Shown here one piece after another: positions 46,884 through 55,585 of a stretch of DNA of 64,000 nucleotides; positions within the stretch are counted from its first letter, which is position 1, and every line of letters begins with the position of its first letter. Source of the DNA: Patescibacteria group bacterium (GTDB taxonomy: Bacteria; Patescibacteriota; Patescibacteriia; UBA1558; GWA2-36-10); the NCBI GenBank assembly GCA_041650755.1, contig JBAZKN010000001.1, forward strand, positions 136,080 to 200,079. The letters run 5' to 3'. Made by a program: the position numbers and the translations under genes. Under the pieces are notes generated by a model that saw only the letters and a list, made by a program, of their open reading frames with translations, was not told the DNA's origin and made no database searches.

Positions 46884-47545
46884 TTTTTCATAAAATGATT
46901 AAGCATGTGAATGCGAAGTAGTTCCGCTATTTCGTTTAACTTTTCAATAGATAAATTTTTCTTTTGTAAAGCTTTGGCTGGTTTTAATTCGGGACATTTT
47001 TTAAGAATATTGATCAGCCCTGATTTAAAATTTAAATCAAAATCTCCGTATAAAAACAATACCTCTAATAAAGCAACCTTTAACCAACTTCTATATTTTT
47101 CACGCCAAAAATCATCATTTTTGTTATTTATATACACACCCCTAATACCTTGCGAAAGATCAACTATCCTTTTATAAATGTCTATGGGTTTAGCATCTTT
47201 TATATTTACATTTCGGATCACATCCTCACCCCAAAGCAATTCATTAACTAATTTGATACCAATAAAATATGTCGGCGGACGATAAATATGCCAACGCCTT
47301 ATAAACTCACTGTAAAACACCACATTAATGTCTGTCTTGGTATTTATTTTTCTTGCTTTTATTTTAATCTTTTTTAAAAAATGATGGGGTTCTTCTATGT
47401 CTTTACAAATAAACAAAACATCTATGTCGCTTTTCCCTTCTCTAAACCTATCACTCAAGACACTACCATATATATAGGCTGACTTAATTTCGTGAAAAGC
47501 AACATAATTTTTTTTAAGCTCTTTTTTCAAATTGTTGAGATCCAT
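46880..47545 (-). CDS. Pol-beta-type nucleotidyltransferase with helical C-terminal domain
   Basis: YGS..SDID..D motif; start refined to ATG 47545. Confidence 0.75.
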   Translation of the reverse strand: MDLNNLKKELKKNYVAFHEIKSAYIYGSVLSDRFREGKSDIDVLFICKDIEEPHHFLKKIKIKARKINTKTDINVVFYSEFIRRWHIYRPPTYFIGIKLVNELLWGEDVIRNVNIKDAKPIDIYKRIVDLSQGIRGVYINNKNDDFWREKYRSWLKVALLEVLFLYGDFDLNFKSGLINILKKCPELKPAKALQKKNLSIEKLNEIAELLRIHMLNHFMKK

Positions 47546-47546
47546 A

Positions 47547-48377
47547 TTAAATTTGCTTAAACATAAAATAAATTTTTTTATGTTCTTCTTTATCATTATA
47601 ATAGCTAAGTAGCAGGGGTTTAAATAAAATAAAATATTGTTTTTCCCAAAATTCAACCGTGTCTTTTAACAATTTTTTGTGGGGGTGTTTTTTTATTCTT
47701 TCAATATATATTTTTAAATTGTGAAATTTGTTATTAATAATGCTATCTATAAATTTATAACTTAATCCATTTTTTTCCGCAATAACAATGTTATTATAAG
47801 AATTTTTTACAAAATCCTCTTCGGTGGTCATTATGTCATCAAGCAAGTCCCGCAGTCTTTGGAATTCATTAAAAAATAATTTTGCATTATGTAAATCTTC
47901 GACAGATAGAACGCTGCCAAATTTATTAATTATCTCGTCTACTAGTAAAAAATAATCGCTGGGTCTAATTTCTATTATCTTGCGTAATTTATTTTCAAAA
48001 TTATGGTCTTTTTTAATATGTAAATCTAGTTCCAGTTTAAATAAGCTGGCAATCTCTTTAAATTTTTTATCTGCTTTTTCAAAATTATTTATTTGTTCTT
48101 TAATTTTACTTATTGGCAGGGGATTCTTTTTATATAATTTTTCATCTAAAATATCATCAACATTTCTTATTTTACAATCCATCTCTATTAAATAATAAAT
48201 GTCGGGATAATTTTTTTTAATCTCATTAAGGCTATCGACTAAGGGGGTAATTAGTAGTGAGCTATAATCATAGGGCATATTGGCTCCTAAATAAAAAATC
48301 GCTTTTTTTATGGATCCCCTAACTGTTTTTAAAACCTTATTCAAATTACTTTTATAAATATTATTTTGCGTAACCAT
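47547..48377 (-). CDS. Isoprenoid/terpene synthase-fold protein (putative)
   Basis: Two Asp-rich motifs: DDILD and FQRLRDLLDDIMTTEED. Confidence 0.5.
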   Translation of the reverse strand: MVTQNNIYKSNLNKVLKTVRGSIKKAIFYLGANMPYDYSSLLITPLVDSLNEIKKNYPDIYYLIEMDCKIRNVDDILDEKLYKKNPLPISKIKEQINNFEKADKKFKEIASLFKLELDLHIKKDHNFENKLRKIIEIRPSDYFLLVDEIINKFGSVLSVEDLHNAKLFFNEFQRLRDLLDDIMTTEEDFVKNSYNNIVIAEKNGLSYKFIDSIINNKFHNLKIYIERIKKHPHKKLLKDTVEFWEKQYFILFKPLLLSYYNDKEEHKKIYFMFKQI

Positions 48378-49218
48378 GTAACTTAAACGAATTAATTGTT
48401 GATCCATTTTTGATATATCCTAATTTTTTATTATTATTTTCTTCATAGCTATGAAAATCAGAGCCGCCTGTAAAATACCAATTATTCTTTTGCGCCAGGT
48501 TTTTTAGAATATTGATTTGTTCATCGCTCAATTCTGGATGGTATATTTCTATGCCGTCAAGCCCCAGACCAACTAGCTGCTTTATACTGGTAACGTCCAG
48601 AGGCTTAGCAAACTTATTAACAGGATTAAAAGGATGGGCCAAAATCAAATCCTCAGTTATTTTTCTAAAATTATCTATAATCCACTCAACTTCAACACCA
48701 CCTCGACGCACATAACATGGAGCACCAGGTGCCTGATAGGTATTATAAAATTGTTCCGGTGATTGTCCGCTTATTTTATCTAAATTTTTCGGATTATTAT
48801 ATATATCTAGCGCTATGGTCAATCCGACCGGCTGTTCTTTTTTTATTTTTAACCCATTGTTTACCGTAAAACCATTTTGTTTAAAAAGTTTTTTAGCCAA
48901 TTCAAACTCACTAAATTTTTTCTGTTCAGTAATCTTTTGTTTTTTCTGCAAAATTCCTTTAATCTCAGTAATTTTAAAATTATAAGCTAAGATATGCACT
49001 ACTTTCTGTTTATATAAAGCCATTAATTCCACCCCCGGAATCACTATGATATCCTGGCCTTTTAGATATTTTTTTAATTCAGTAATACCAGCCACCGTAT
49101 CATGATCAGTTAATGAACAATATTTAAGTTTACTCTTTTTTATTAGGGCCGCCAGCTCTGATGTGGTTAGTTTTCCATCTGAATAAATAGAATGAAAATG
49201 TAAATCAATTTTAGACAT
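48361..49218 (-). CDS. PHP-family phosphoesterase (TrpH/YciV-like)
   Basis: DLHFHS..SDG, TDHDT, GVE, AHP, GGSDFH. Confidence 0.9.
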   Translation of the reverse strand: MSKIDLHFHSIYSDGKLTTSELAALIKKSKLKYCSLTDHDTVAGITELKKYLKGQDIIVIPGVELMALYKQKVVHILAYNFKITEIKGILQKKQKITEQKKFSEFELAKKLFKQNGFTVNNGLKIKKEQPVGLTIALDIYNNPKNLDKISGQSPEQFYNTYQAPGAPCYVRRGGVEVEWIIDNFRKITEDLILAHPFNPVNKFAKPLDVTSIKQLVGLGLDGIEIYHPELSDEQINILKNLAQKNNWYFTGGSDFHSYEENNNKKLGYIKNGSTINSFKLHGYAK

Positions 49219-49235
49219 GGTGATTAAATAAAAAG

Positions 49236-50264
49236 TTATTTTTCGTAAGTATTACTTAAAAAAGTCCGCAGACTATCAAGCTCTTCGTTGAGACCATTTC
49301 TTACTCTAATATAAAATTGCTCTTCAGTAGTTGAGTGCTCTTGATTTGGTATATTGTTTAATACTCGCAATCTCCACAAGATTGAATTAACAAGCACTAG
49401 TGTTTCATAAACACTAAGTCGATCTTTAAAATATTTATCTTTTTTAGGAAGTCTTTTTTCATATTCGACAAGAAATTCTTCTCTCTGTTCATCATTAAAA
49501 TTAAGTTTTAGAAATAACTTAGCAATATCCATGGCACTATCCCCGGCAGAGGCCTGCGCCCAATCAATAAAAATAATTTTACCAGAATTCTTTGACCGTA
49601 AGATGTTATTACGATTCAAATCAAAATGAATGAGCGTAAAATTATTATTTTGGAAAGTATCCGCTTTTTCTTCAGCTTCGTTTTTTGCTTGATCAATGGC
49701 TTGCTCAATAAGTGGTGTTATCTCTGGAAAATTTGGTAAAGAAGATAAAGATTCGCGCAATTTATCAATTCCATCATTAAGGCAATCCTTTTGCGTGCCT
49801 TTTTTCCTTTGCGTTAATGGCTTACCATAGGCGTGTAATTCTATTGAATGAATCTTGGCAATAGTTTCTGCTAATTGAGCAATGGTAATTTTATCAAAAA
49901 TATCTATGGGGCTTCCTTCAATTTCTTCCTCAAAAATAATATTAGTCGATTTTAAATATCCCATCAAACGAGGTGTTTCTTCAAAGCCGCGCACACGCAA
50001 TAAACGCAAGGCCACATTTTCATGTTTTGCACGGTCAACGTCCTGTTTTGGATTTTTCCAAACTTTGGCAATTACTCGCTGCTCACTATTTGGCAATTCA
50101 AAAATCAAGGCGGAGCTGCCTTCGGCAAAAGGATGACCACTAAGTAACTTACTTAGGTCTTCCGACGTTAAACCAAGATCATTAATGGTCTTTATTTCAC
50201 TCTCAGTTAGACCTAAATTTTTAACCGAATCTTTTGTTTCTGGTGGTTTATAATACTCGTTCAT
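49236..50264 (-). CDS. APH/choline-kinase-family phosphotransferase
   Basis: HFDLNRNNIL, IDW, GD..DIA. Confidence 0.85.
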   Translation of the reverse strand: MNEYYKPPETKDSVKNLGLTESEIKTINDLGLTSEDLSKLLSGHPFAEGSSALIFELPNSEQRVIAKVWKNPKQDVDRAKHENVALRLLRVRGFEETPRLMGYLKSTNIIFEEEIEGSPIDIFDKITIAQLAETIAKIHSIELHAYGKPLTQRKKGTQKDCLNDGIDKLRESLSSLPNFPEITPLIEQAIDQAKNEAEEKADTFQNNNFTLIHFDLNRNNILRSKNSGKIIFIDWAQASAGDSAMDIAKLFLKLNFNDEQREEFLVEYEKRLPKKDKYFKDRLSVYETLVLVNSILWRLRVLNNIPNQEHSTTEEQFYIRVRNGLNEELDSLRTFLSNTYEK

Positions 50265-50316
50265 ATCAATGTTTAAAGAACATTTTTTTAGTTTCTGGGT
50301 TCATTTATTATTATAG

Positions 50317-51129
50317 CTATTTTATATCCCTGGTAAAAACACCAGCGCCATACAATTGTTCAACAAGTTCAGTGCGATCAGGATTTAAAACCAACATTTG
50401 TTCGTAAATTTCTTGACCACTCAAGGCTCGCTTCACGCCATGCTTATCATTAATACGGTGCAAAGCATCATAAACATCAGCTAAGGCCAAAACCCTACCA
50501 TACTCTTTTATCAATCCCACTGTGTCCTCTCCGTATTTATGAAGATAATCCGGCAGTTCTGTTGGATATGGTTTAGCTTGAGAAAGATGATGCCGCAACA
50601 CCACTTCAGCAGTAAAGTCAAATTCATCACGTAGTAATTCATAACTTTTTTTCACATGACCCTGAACAAGAGCCGTATCTTGATCAGTCCAACCTTCAGT
50701 TTTTGCCAAAGTAGAAATGGGCACTGCCGCTTTACCAATATCATGCAACAAACCAGCATAAAGCAGAGCCTTTTCATCAATGCCCATGAATTTTGCAATT
50801 TGTCGCGCTATCAAGCCCACCCTAAGAGAATGTTCATACGAACCTTGGTGTTTGACTTTAATAAGATCTAAATAGATTTGGACGGCTTGCCGTTTATCTG
50901 GTCCGATTTGTAGTTCATCCATATCTGCCAAAACACGGTCTTCTAAACTCATACTTGGATCAAAATAAGCCACAAATTCCGGGGTCACCGGTTTATCCTT
51001 AGTCCCAATATCATGAGCCCTTATCATAAGTTCTCTTTGTCCGGCAAAACTTTGCTGATCAAGAGCATCTATGATTGGCTCAACTTGTTTTACTGGCACT
51101 CCAGTATTATGATCAAATGATTCTGTCAT
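50317..51129 (-). CDS. HD-domain phosphohydrolase (HD-GYP-like)
   Basis: HSLRV, LLHDIGK, HH, ADVYDAL. Confidence 0.85.
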   Translation of the reverse strand: MTESFDHNTGVPVKQVEPIIDALDQQSFAGQRELMIRAHDIGTKDKPVTPEFVAYFDPSMSLEDRVLADMDELQIGPDKRQAVQIYLDLIKVKHQGSYEHSLRVGLIARQIAKFMGIDEKALLYAGLLHDIGKAAVPISTLAKTEGWTDQDTALVQGHVKKSYELLRDEFDFTAEVVLRHHLSQAKPYPTELPDYLHKYGEDTVGLIKEYGRVLALADVYDALHRINDKHGVKRALSGQEIYEQMLVLNPDRTELVEQLYGAGVFTRDIK

Positions 51130-51132
51130 ATT

Positions 51133-51300
51133 TTAACAAATAATTTTCTTAATCACCTTAATATAATTTTCCGTCGCTTGAGGAGGAAATAAATTATGCA
51201 AATTTTCACCCAAAGCTGTCCGCCAAGTATCGTTGACCATCAATTTATAAATATATCGATCCATAATCTGGTGATTGCCCTGACGGACATAGGCGGCCGC
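51133..51300 (-). pseudogene. Orphan duplicate of the murG 3' end with an alternative tail
   Basis: 51155-51300 identical to 54589-54734; reads ..NYIKVIKKIIC* versus murG ..NYIKVIRSVLNK*. Confidence 0.9.
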
Positions 51301-51380
51301 TTGCGAATGAACAAAAAAATTAAAAAAATCACGGCCAGCACCAGAATAGAAATTAAAATATAAATTTGCCCTGTATTCAT
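51240..51380 (-). pseudogene. Truncated small membrane-protein gene fused out of frame to the murG fragment
   Basis: MNTGQIYILISILVLAVIFLIFLFIRK, then junction at 51300/51301. Confidence 0.6.
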
Positions 51381-51447
51381 AATGTTTTATTATATTACAA
51401 ACTTTTATTTATAATAACACAATTTTAATATTTTGCTAATTATAATA

Positions 51448-52113
51448 CTACGGATATTTTAAAGATGACACACTGCTAATTATCTGATCAACCAAGGCAT
51501 CAATATCAAAATCTTGCCTTTCGTCAACGCAGGCGGTCTGCTCCGGCTCGAAATAATTTTGACATTGCGGATAGCGTAAGGTAAAAGTGATATTTAAAAG
51601 CTTGCTCTTCCAAGGAGTCGTATATCTATAGCTAGTATACACCGAGCCCACTGCACCCTCGCTAGACATGGCAATACAATAAGTGCGATTATTAATCTTG
51701 CGCTCTATTGTCCTGGCAGCTAAACTGCTGGTCTGGTCAGTAGGCTGACAAGTATACGGCTGATTAATAACGCTGACTATTGGCGGCCAATCTTCAGTAA
51801 AAATATATTTTTTACCCAAATCCTTTGGGTATCTAAAACTAATATTTTTCTCTCGATCAGTATCAGTGTAGCTTAGCCAATTCGTAGGCGTGGTATCCCC
51901 AGGACAAGGCGCAAATTCACAGGCGGGTGGAACGCGACCCACAAATGATCCATCTGGGCACTCCTTGACTTCTGCAGTACAGTACACTTCTTGATTTTTA
52001 GAATTATTTTTGTCGCTTTGATTTATCGGCGGTTTTTTATTTCGCAAAAAATAAAACGCAGCGCTGGCTATCAGGGCCAAAATTATTATAATAATAAATA
52101 TATTGTTTTTCAT
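51448..52113 (-). CDS. Membrane-anchored Cys-rich extracellular protein
   Basis: N-terminal TM; CTAEVKECPDGSFVGRVPPACEFAPCP motif. Confidence 0.75.
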   Translation of the reverse strand: MKNNIFIIIIILALIASAAFYFLRNKKPPINQSDKNNSKNQEVYCTAEVKECPDGSFVGRVPPACEFAPCPGDTTPTNWLSYTDTDREKNISFRYPKDLGKKYIFTEDWPPIVSVINQPYTCQPTDQTSSLAARTIERKINNRTYCIAMSSEGAVGSVYTSYRYTTPWKSKLLNITFTLRYPQCQNYFEPEQTACVDERQDFDIDALVDQIISSVSSLKYP

Positions 52114-52130
52114 GTTTTACTTTTAAAATT

Positions 52131-52496
52131 TTATTTATTTCTAATATTTGTCTTGGGAAAATCCAGCAAGCAATCACAGGGCTTTTTCTTGAGAATCTGT
52201 TTTTGTTCGGCAATGGTGTTTAAAAAAACTTTTTGTCCACCCGAGCCAGTGGCTAAGCGCTTGTCCAGTGGGGAGAGATGTTGATATCCTCGTCTCTTAA
52301 ATTCTGTTACCAAGGCTTTGTGTCTCTGATAAAGCGCCTTATTTTTACCAACCCAGCGCAAGGTTTCGGGATGACGCGAATATCCGCCCCTGCCTTTGTG
52401 CTTTGTCAAAATATTCCACAAACCATGCAGCTCGCGGTGTTCAGCCAGCAGATGCTTGCGGCATAACTGTTTTGGGTGAATGTCCCAAACGCGCAT
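52131..52496 (-). CDS. Pyrimidine dimer DNA glycosylase/endonuclease V family
   Basis: MRVW..L..KHLLAEHRELH, HPET, EF.RRGY.H. Confidence 0.85.
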   Translation of the reverse strand: MRVWDIHPKQLCRKHLLAEHRELHGLWNILTKHKGRGGYSRHPETLRWVGKNKALYQRHKALVTEFKRRGYQHLSPLDKRLATGSGGQKVFLNTIAEQKQILKKKPCDCLLDFPKTNIRNK

Positions 52497-52499
52497 GAG

Positions 52500-52838
52500 T
52501 TATTTTATAATTTCTATTTTAAAATATTTTTCTTGAAAATCAATTAATTTTTTGATTTCTTCCACGCTAAAATCCATGCCGTCTGGCGCAAGTACTAGCT
52601 TATCCTCGTTATCATCAAGTCGATGAATTATGGCAATGCATTTACCCGTAAAAGTCGGCAAGGCACGATCAACACCTAAAACATAAACATCAACCGGCTC
52701 GCCATTGCCTGCCTTGGTATCGGGTAAATACCCATAGTTTATGGGATAAACAGTTTCAGGATAATCGGGATGTATGAAGCCAAACGGCCTATCTATAACT
52801 ACTGTTATTTTTTTACCCAAGTATTGGCTATAATCCAT
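52500..52838 (-). CDS. Inorganic pyrophosphatase-like protein
   Basis: DRP.G..HP, YPINYGY, DVY, EDKLV; start refined to ATG 52838. Confidence 0.8.
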   Translation of the reverse strand: MDYSQYLGKKITVVIDRPFGFIHPDYPETVYPINYGYLPDTKAGNGEPVDVYVLGVDRALPTFTGKCIAIIHRLDDNEDKLVLAPDGMDFSVEEIKKLIDFQEKYFKIEIIK

Positions 52839-52839
52839 T

Positions 52840-53421
52840 TTAAATTTTAATGATTTTACGCGTGTCTTCAGCATTAGTAAATAAATAAGCTTTTATACCC
52901 AGCTCTTTAGCCGCCTCAACATTCTCCTGCGAATTATCAAAATAAAAACAATCTTCTGGCCGCAAATTATTTTCTGTCAAAATATTCTCATAGGCCTGCT
53001 TGTCTGGTTTGACAAAACCAGTGTTCCAAGAATAATAAACCTTAATAAAAAGCTCATCTAAAAATGGGAGGGTCTTTTTATAATACTCGGCTCGTTCGAC
53101 AAAATTATTGGACAAAACAAATAATCTATAGCCTGCTGCTTTTAATTCTCTGGCTAAGGCCACCATTTCTGTGTTTTCTTTTTCTGCGGAAAACCAAAAA
53201 TCAAAAAATTGTTGTTCGCTCATTTCTAGACCCAATTTTTTTAAATACGGCTGCCAGTACTGAAAACTAATGGCTGTTTTAGAAATACGGGCTTTGGCTA
53301 GGACATCTTTTAGGGCTGGTAAAAATTCTTCGGGGCCGATACCAAGTTCATTGGCAAATCTTTCACTAAGCAGTTGACCCTGAATTAAAATACCATTGAG
53401 ATCAAAAATAATTGTAGTCAT
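52840..53421 (-). CDS. HAD-superfamily hydrolase
   Basis: FDLNG, LSNN, KPD, FDN..NV..A..LG. Confidence 0.85.
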   Translation of the reverse strand: MTTIIFDLNGILIQGQLLSERFANELGIGPEEFLPALKDVLAKARISKTAISFQYWQPYLKKLGLEMSEQQFFDFWFSAEKENTEMVALARELKAAGYRLFVLSNNFVERAEYYKKTLPFLDELFIKVYYSWNTGFVKPDKQAYENILTENNLRPEDCFYFDNSQENVEAAKELGIKAYLFTNAEDTRKIIKI

Positions 53422-53425
53422 GTGA

Positions 53426-53860
53426 TTATTTTTTAGGCTTGTCTTTTTCGACTAACTCCAATAGATATTTCAAGATTTCGTAATCCCTAAAATCTTCGTA
53501 CGTAGACCAGTCTATGAAATTATAAGCAGCGAAGCATACGACTAAACAAAAAAAGAAAATTAATAGATCTAATGGCCAACTAATACCCAAAATGTATTTT
53601 GTTATGATTGAAGCCGCAATACCTCCAAATATACCGAGGATTAAACCCAAAAAAAGAGAACCAGCGTTTATTCTATTTTGTTTAATGTCGCTAAAAACAT
53701 TCTGTATCCCCCTACTCTTGATTTCCATTAAATCATGATACTTGTCAATAACACTTCTGCGCTGTTCTAGAGAAAGTTTGCGCCACAAATTATTGTTAGA
53801 CATCTTCAAGGCTTTAGCTAATTGCTTTTGATATTGATATTGTTGATTTTTAGAATGCAT
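53426..53860 (-). CDS. Hypothetical two-TM membrane protein
   Basis: Two hydrophobic segments; start refined to ATG 53860. Confidence 0.6.
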   Translation of the reverse strand: MHSKNQQYQYQKQLAKALKMSNNNLWRKLSLEQRRSVIDKYHDLMEIKSRGIQNVFSDIKQNRINAGSLFLGLILGIFGGIAASIITKYILGISWPLDLLIFFFCLVVCFAAYNFIDWSTYEDFRDYEILKYLLELVEKDKPKK

Positions 53861-53928
53861 AATAATTATTTTACACCCAAAAGTCAAAAAACTTTTGAAC
53901 TTTAAACTTGCTAACCTTTTAACTGGTT

Positions 53929-54537
53929 CTATCTATTCTTTGGTGTCCAGACATTTTCCCACCACTCTGAAACTTTACCGGACAGTATAGCTTTGCCCAA
54001 TTTTTTGGCTGACTCGGTTTTTAAATTCTGATACTGCACATTCTCCTTATTATCAGCCCCCTTGCCTGTGAGCCAAATTTCTGCCTCTTTATTGCCTTGA
54101 TGCGCATATTCTTTGAGTAAAAGCATCTGATCAATCAGGTCAGCATCTTTGGCTATGATAGCTACTTGGCTCTGACGAGCTTCATACTCTTCATTCAATT
54201 CATAAAGGTCGGTAAAAGGCAAAGAGCCTAGCTGATCTTTAGCAATTTCTTCTTCAAAAATCTTGACGTATTTTTTGTGCACATAATTATGATCACCGCT
54301 TCTCACTTCTTTGATATCATGAAGCAGACCCATCGTAACTGCTTTATAAGGATCAGAGTTTTCCATCTTGGCCAAAAACCAAGCAATCACTGCCACCCGA
54401 TAAGAGTGTGAAGCAATATTATCAGACAAGTCTTGTGATAAAAGCATCTGCTGGTGAATGCGCGGCAATTTTTTCATTGTGCCAATTTCAAAAAGAAAAT
54501 CGATAATTGTCTTGAGATCTTTTTCTGATGCACTCAT
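53929..54537 (-). CDS. HD-domain 5'-deoxynucleotidase-like (YfbR/HDDC2 family)
   Basis: SHSYRV, LLHD..E.RSGD, KDAD..D. Confidence 0.85.
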   Translation of the reverse strand: MSASEKDLKTIIDFLFEIGTMKKLPRIHQQMLLSQDLSDNIASHSYRVAVIAWFLAKMENSDPYKAVTMGLLHDIKEVRSGDHNYVHKKYVKIFEEEIAKDQLGSLPFTDLYELNEEYEARQSQVAIIAKDADLIDQMLLLKEYAHQGNKEAEIWLTGKGADNKENVQYQNLKTESAKKLGKAILSGKVSEWWENVWTPKNR

Positions 54538-54563
54538 AATTTTACAATAATAATTAAAAATAA

Positions 54564-55583
54564 TTATTTATTAAGTACTGACCTTATTACCTTAATATAA
54601 TTTTCCGTCGCTTGAGGAGGAAATAAATTATGCAAATTTTCACCCAAAGCTGTCCGCCAAGTATCGTTGACCATCAATTTATAAATATATCGATCCATAA
54701 TCTGGTGATTGCCCTGACGGACATAGGCGGCCGCATTGTGTTTGGCAAAAAATTCGGCATTTTTTTCTTGATGGCTGCCGGGGATTGGCACCAATACTAG
54801 AGCCTTGCACAAAGCCGCCGCTTCAGTAATCAAAGACATACCAGCCCGAGAAATAATAATGTCAGCCCTGGCCAAAAGATCCAGCATGCTGCCAGCAACA
54901 AAACGATGCGCTATATAGCCAGGCAGATCCAATCTTTGCTCCCAGTTGTCATTGCCCAAAATATGATGCACTTCATATTTTTCTAAGATTTTTGGGATAA
55001 AGCTGGCTACAAAATCATTTAAACCCCGCGCGCCCAATCCTCCGCCAGTAATAACTACGAGAGGCTTCTCATTGCTAGCAGATTGGCAACGGCGCACTGG
55101 ATTGCCGGTCAAGACTGCTTTTTTTATAGGAAAATATTTTAGCTGCTCGGCAAAAGTCACGGTAACCTTGGTAGCCAAAGTAGCCATAATCTTATTGGCT
55201 AAACCCAATTTGATATCTTGCTGATGAACTACCACTGGCACGCCGCTCAATTTGGCAGCCAGCGCTACCGGAACAGCCACAAAGCTGCCGGCAGTAAGAA
55301 CAATATCAGGCTTAAATTGACGGATTATTTTCAGACTCTGCCAGATGCCAACTTTGGTTTTATATATATCACGAAAATTCTGCCAGCTAAAATAACGCCG
55401 CCACTTGCCAGCGGCAATAGCTCGAAAGGCAATGTTCTGCCGCAAAACTACTTCTTTTTCCGGGCCAGTTTGGCTACCGACAAATAAATACCGGGTCGGC
55501 AATTGTTCGGCAATACTAAGTAATGGACTCACTGAACCTAGTGTCCCGCCGCCAGCTAATATGATGCGCAAATCATCGGTCAT
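54564..55583 (-). CDS. murG: Lipid II GlcNAc transferase MurG
   Basis: GGGTLGS, TGNPVR, GGGLGA, SRAG, HQEKNA. Confidence 0.95.
   Translation of the reverse strand: MTDDLRIILAGGGTLGSVSPLLSIAEQLPTRYLFVGSQTGPEKEVVLRQNIAFRAIAAGKWRRYFSWQNFRDIYKTKVGIWQSLKIIRQFKPDIVLTAGSFVAVPVALAAKLSGVPVVVHQQDIKLGLANKIMATLATKVTVTFAEQLKYFPIKKAVLTGNPVRRCQSASNEKPLVVITGGGLGARGLNDFVASFIPKILEKYEVHHILGNDNWEQRLDLPGYIAHRFVAGSMLDLLARADIIISRAGMSLITEAAALCKALVLVPIPGSHQEKNAEFFAKHNAAAYVRQGNHQIMDRYIYKLMVNDTWRTALGENLHNLFPPQATENYIKVIRSVLNK
54589..54734. repeat. 146 bp direct repeat (partner 51155-51300)
   Basis: Base-by-base identity read by eye. Confidence 0.92.
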
Positions 55584-55585
55584 AT

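Noticed and set aside
51155-54734. 146 bp repeats as IS ends or phage attL/attR
   Set aside because: Repeat is murG coding sequence; no transposase or integrase inside or adjacent
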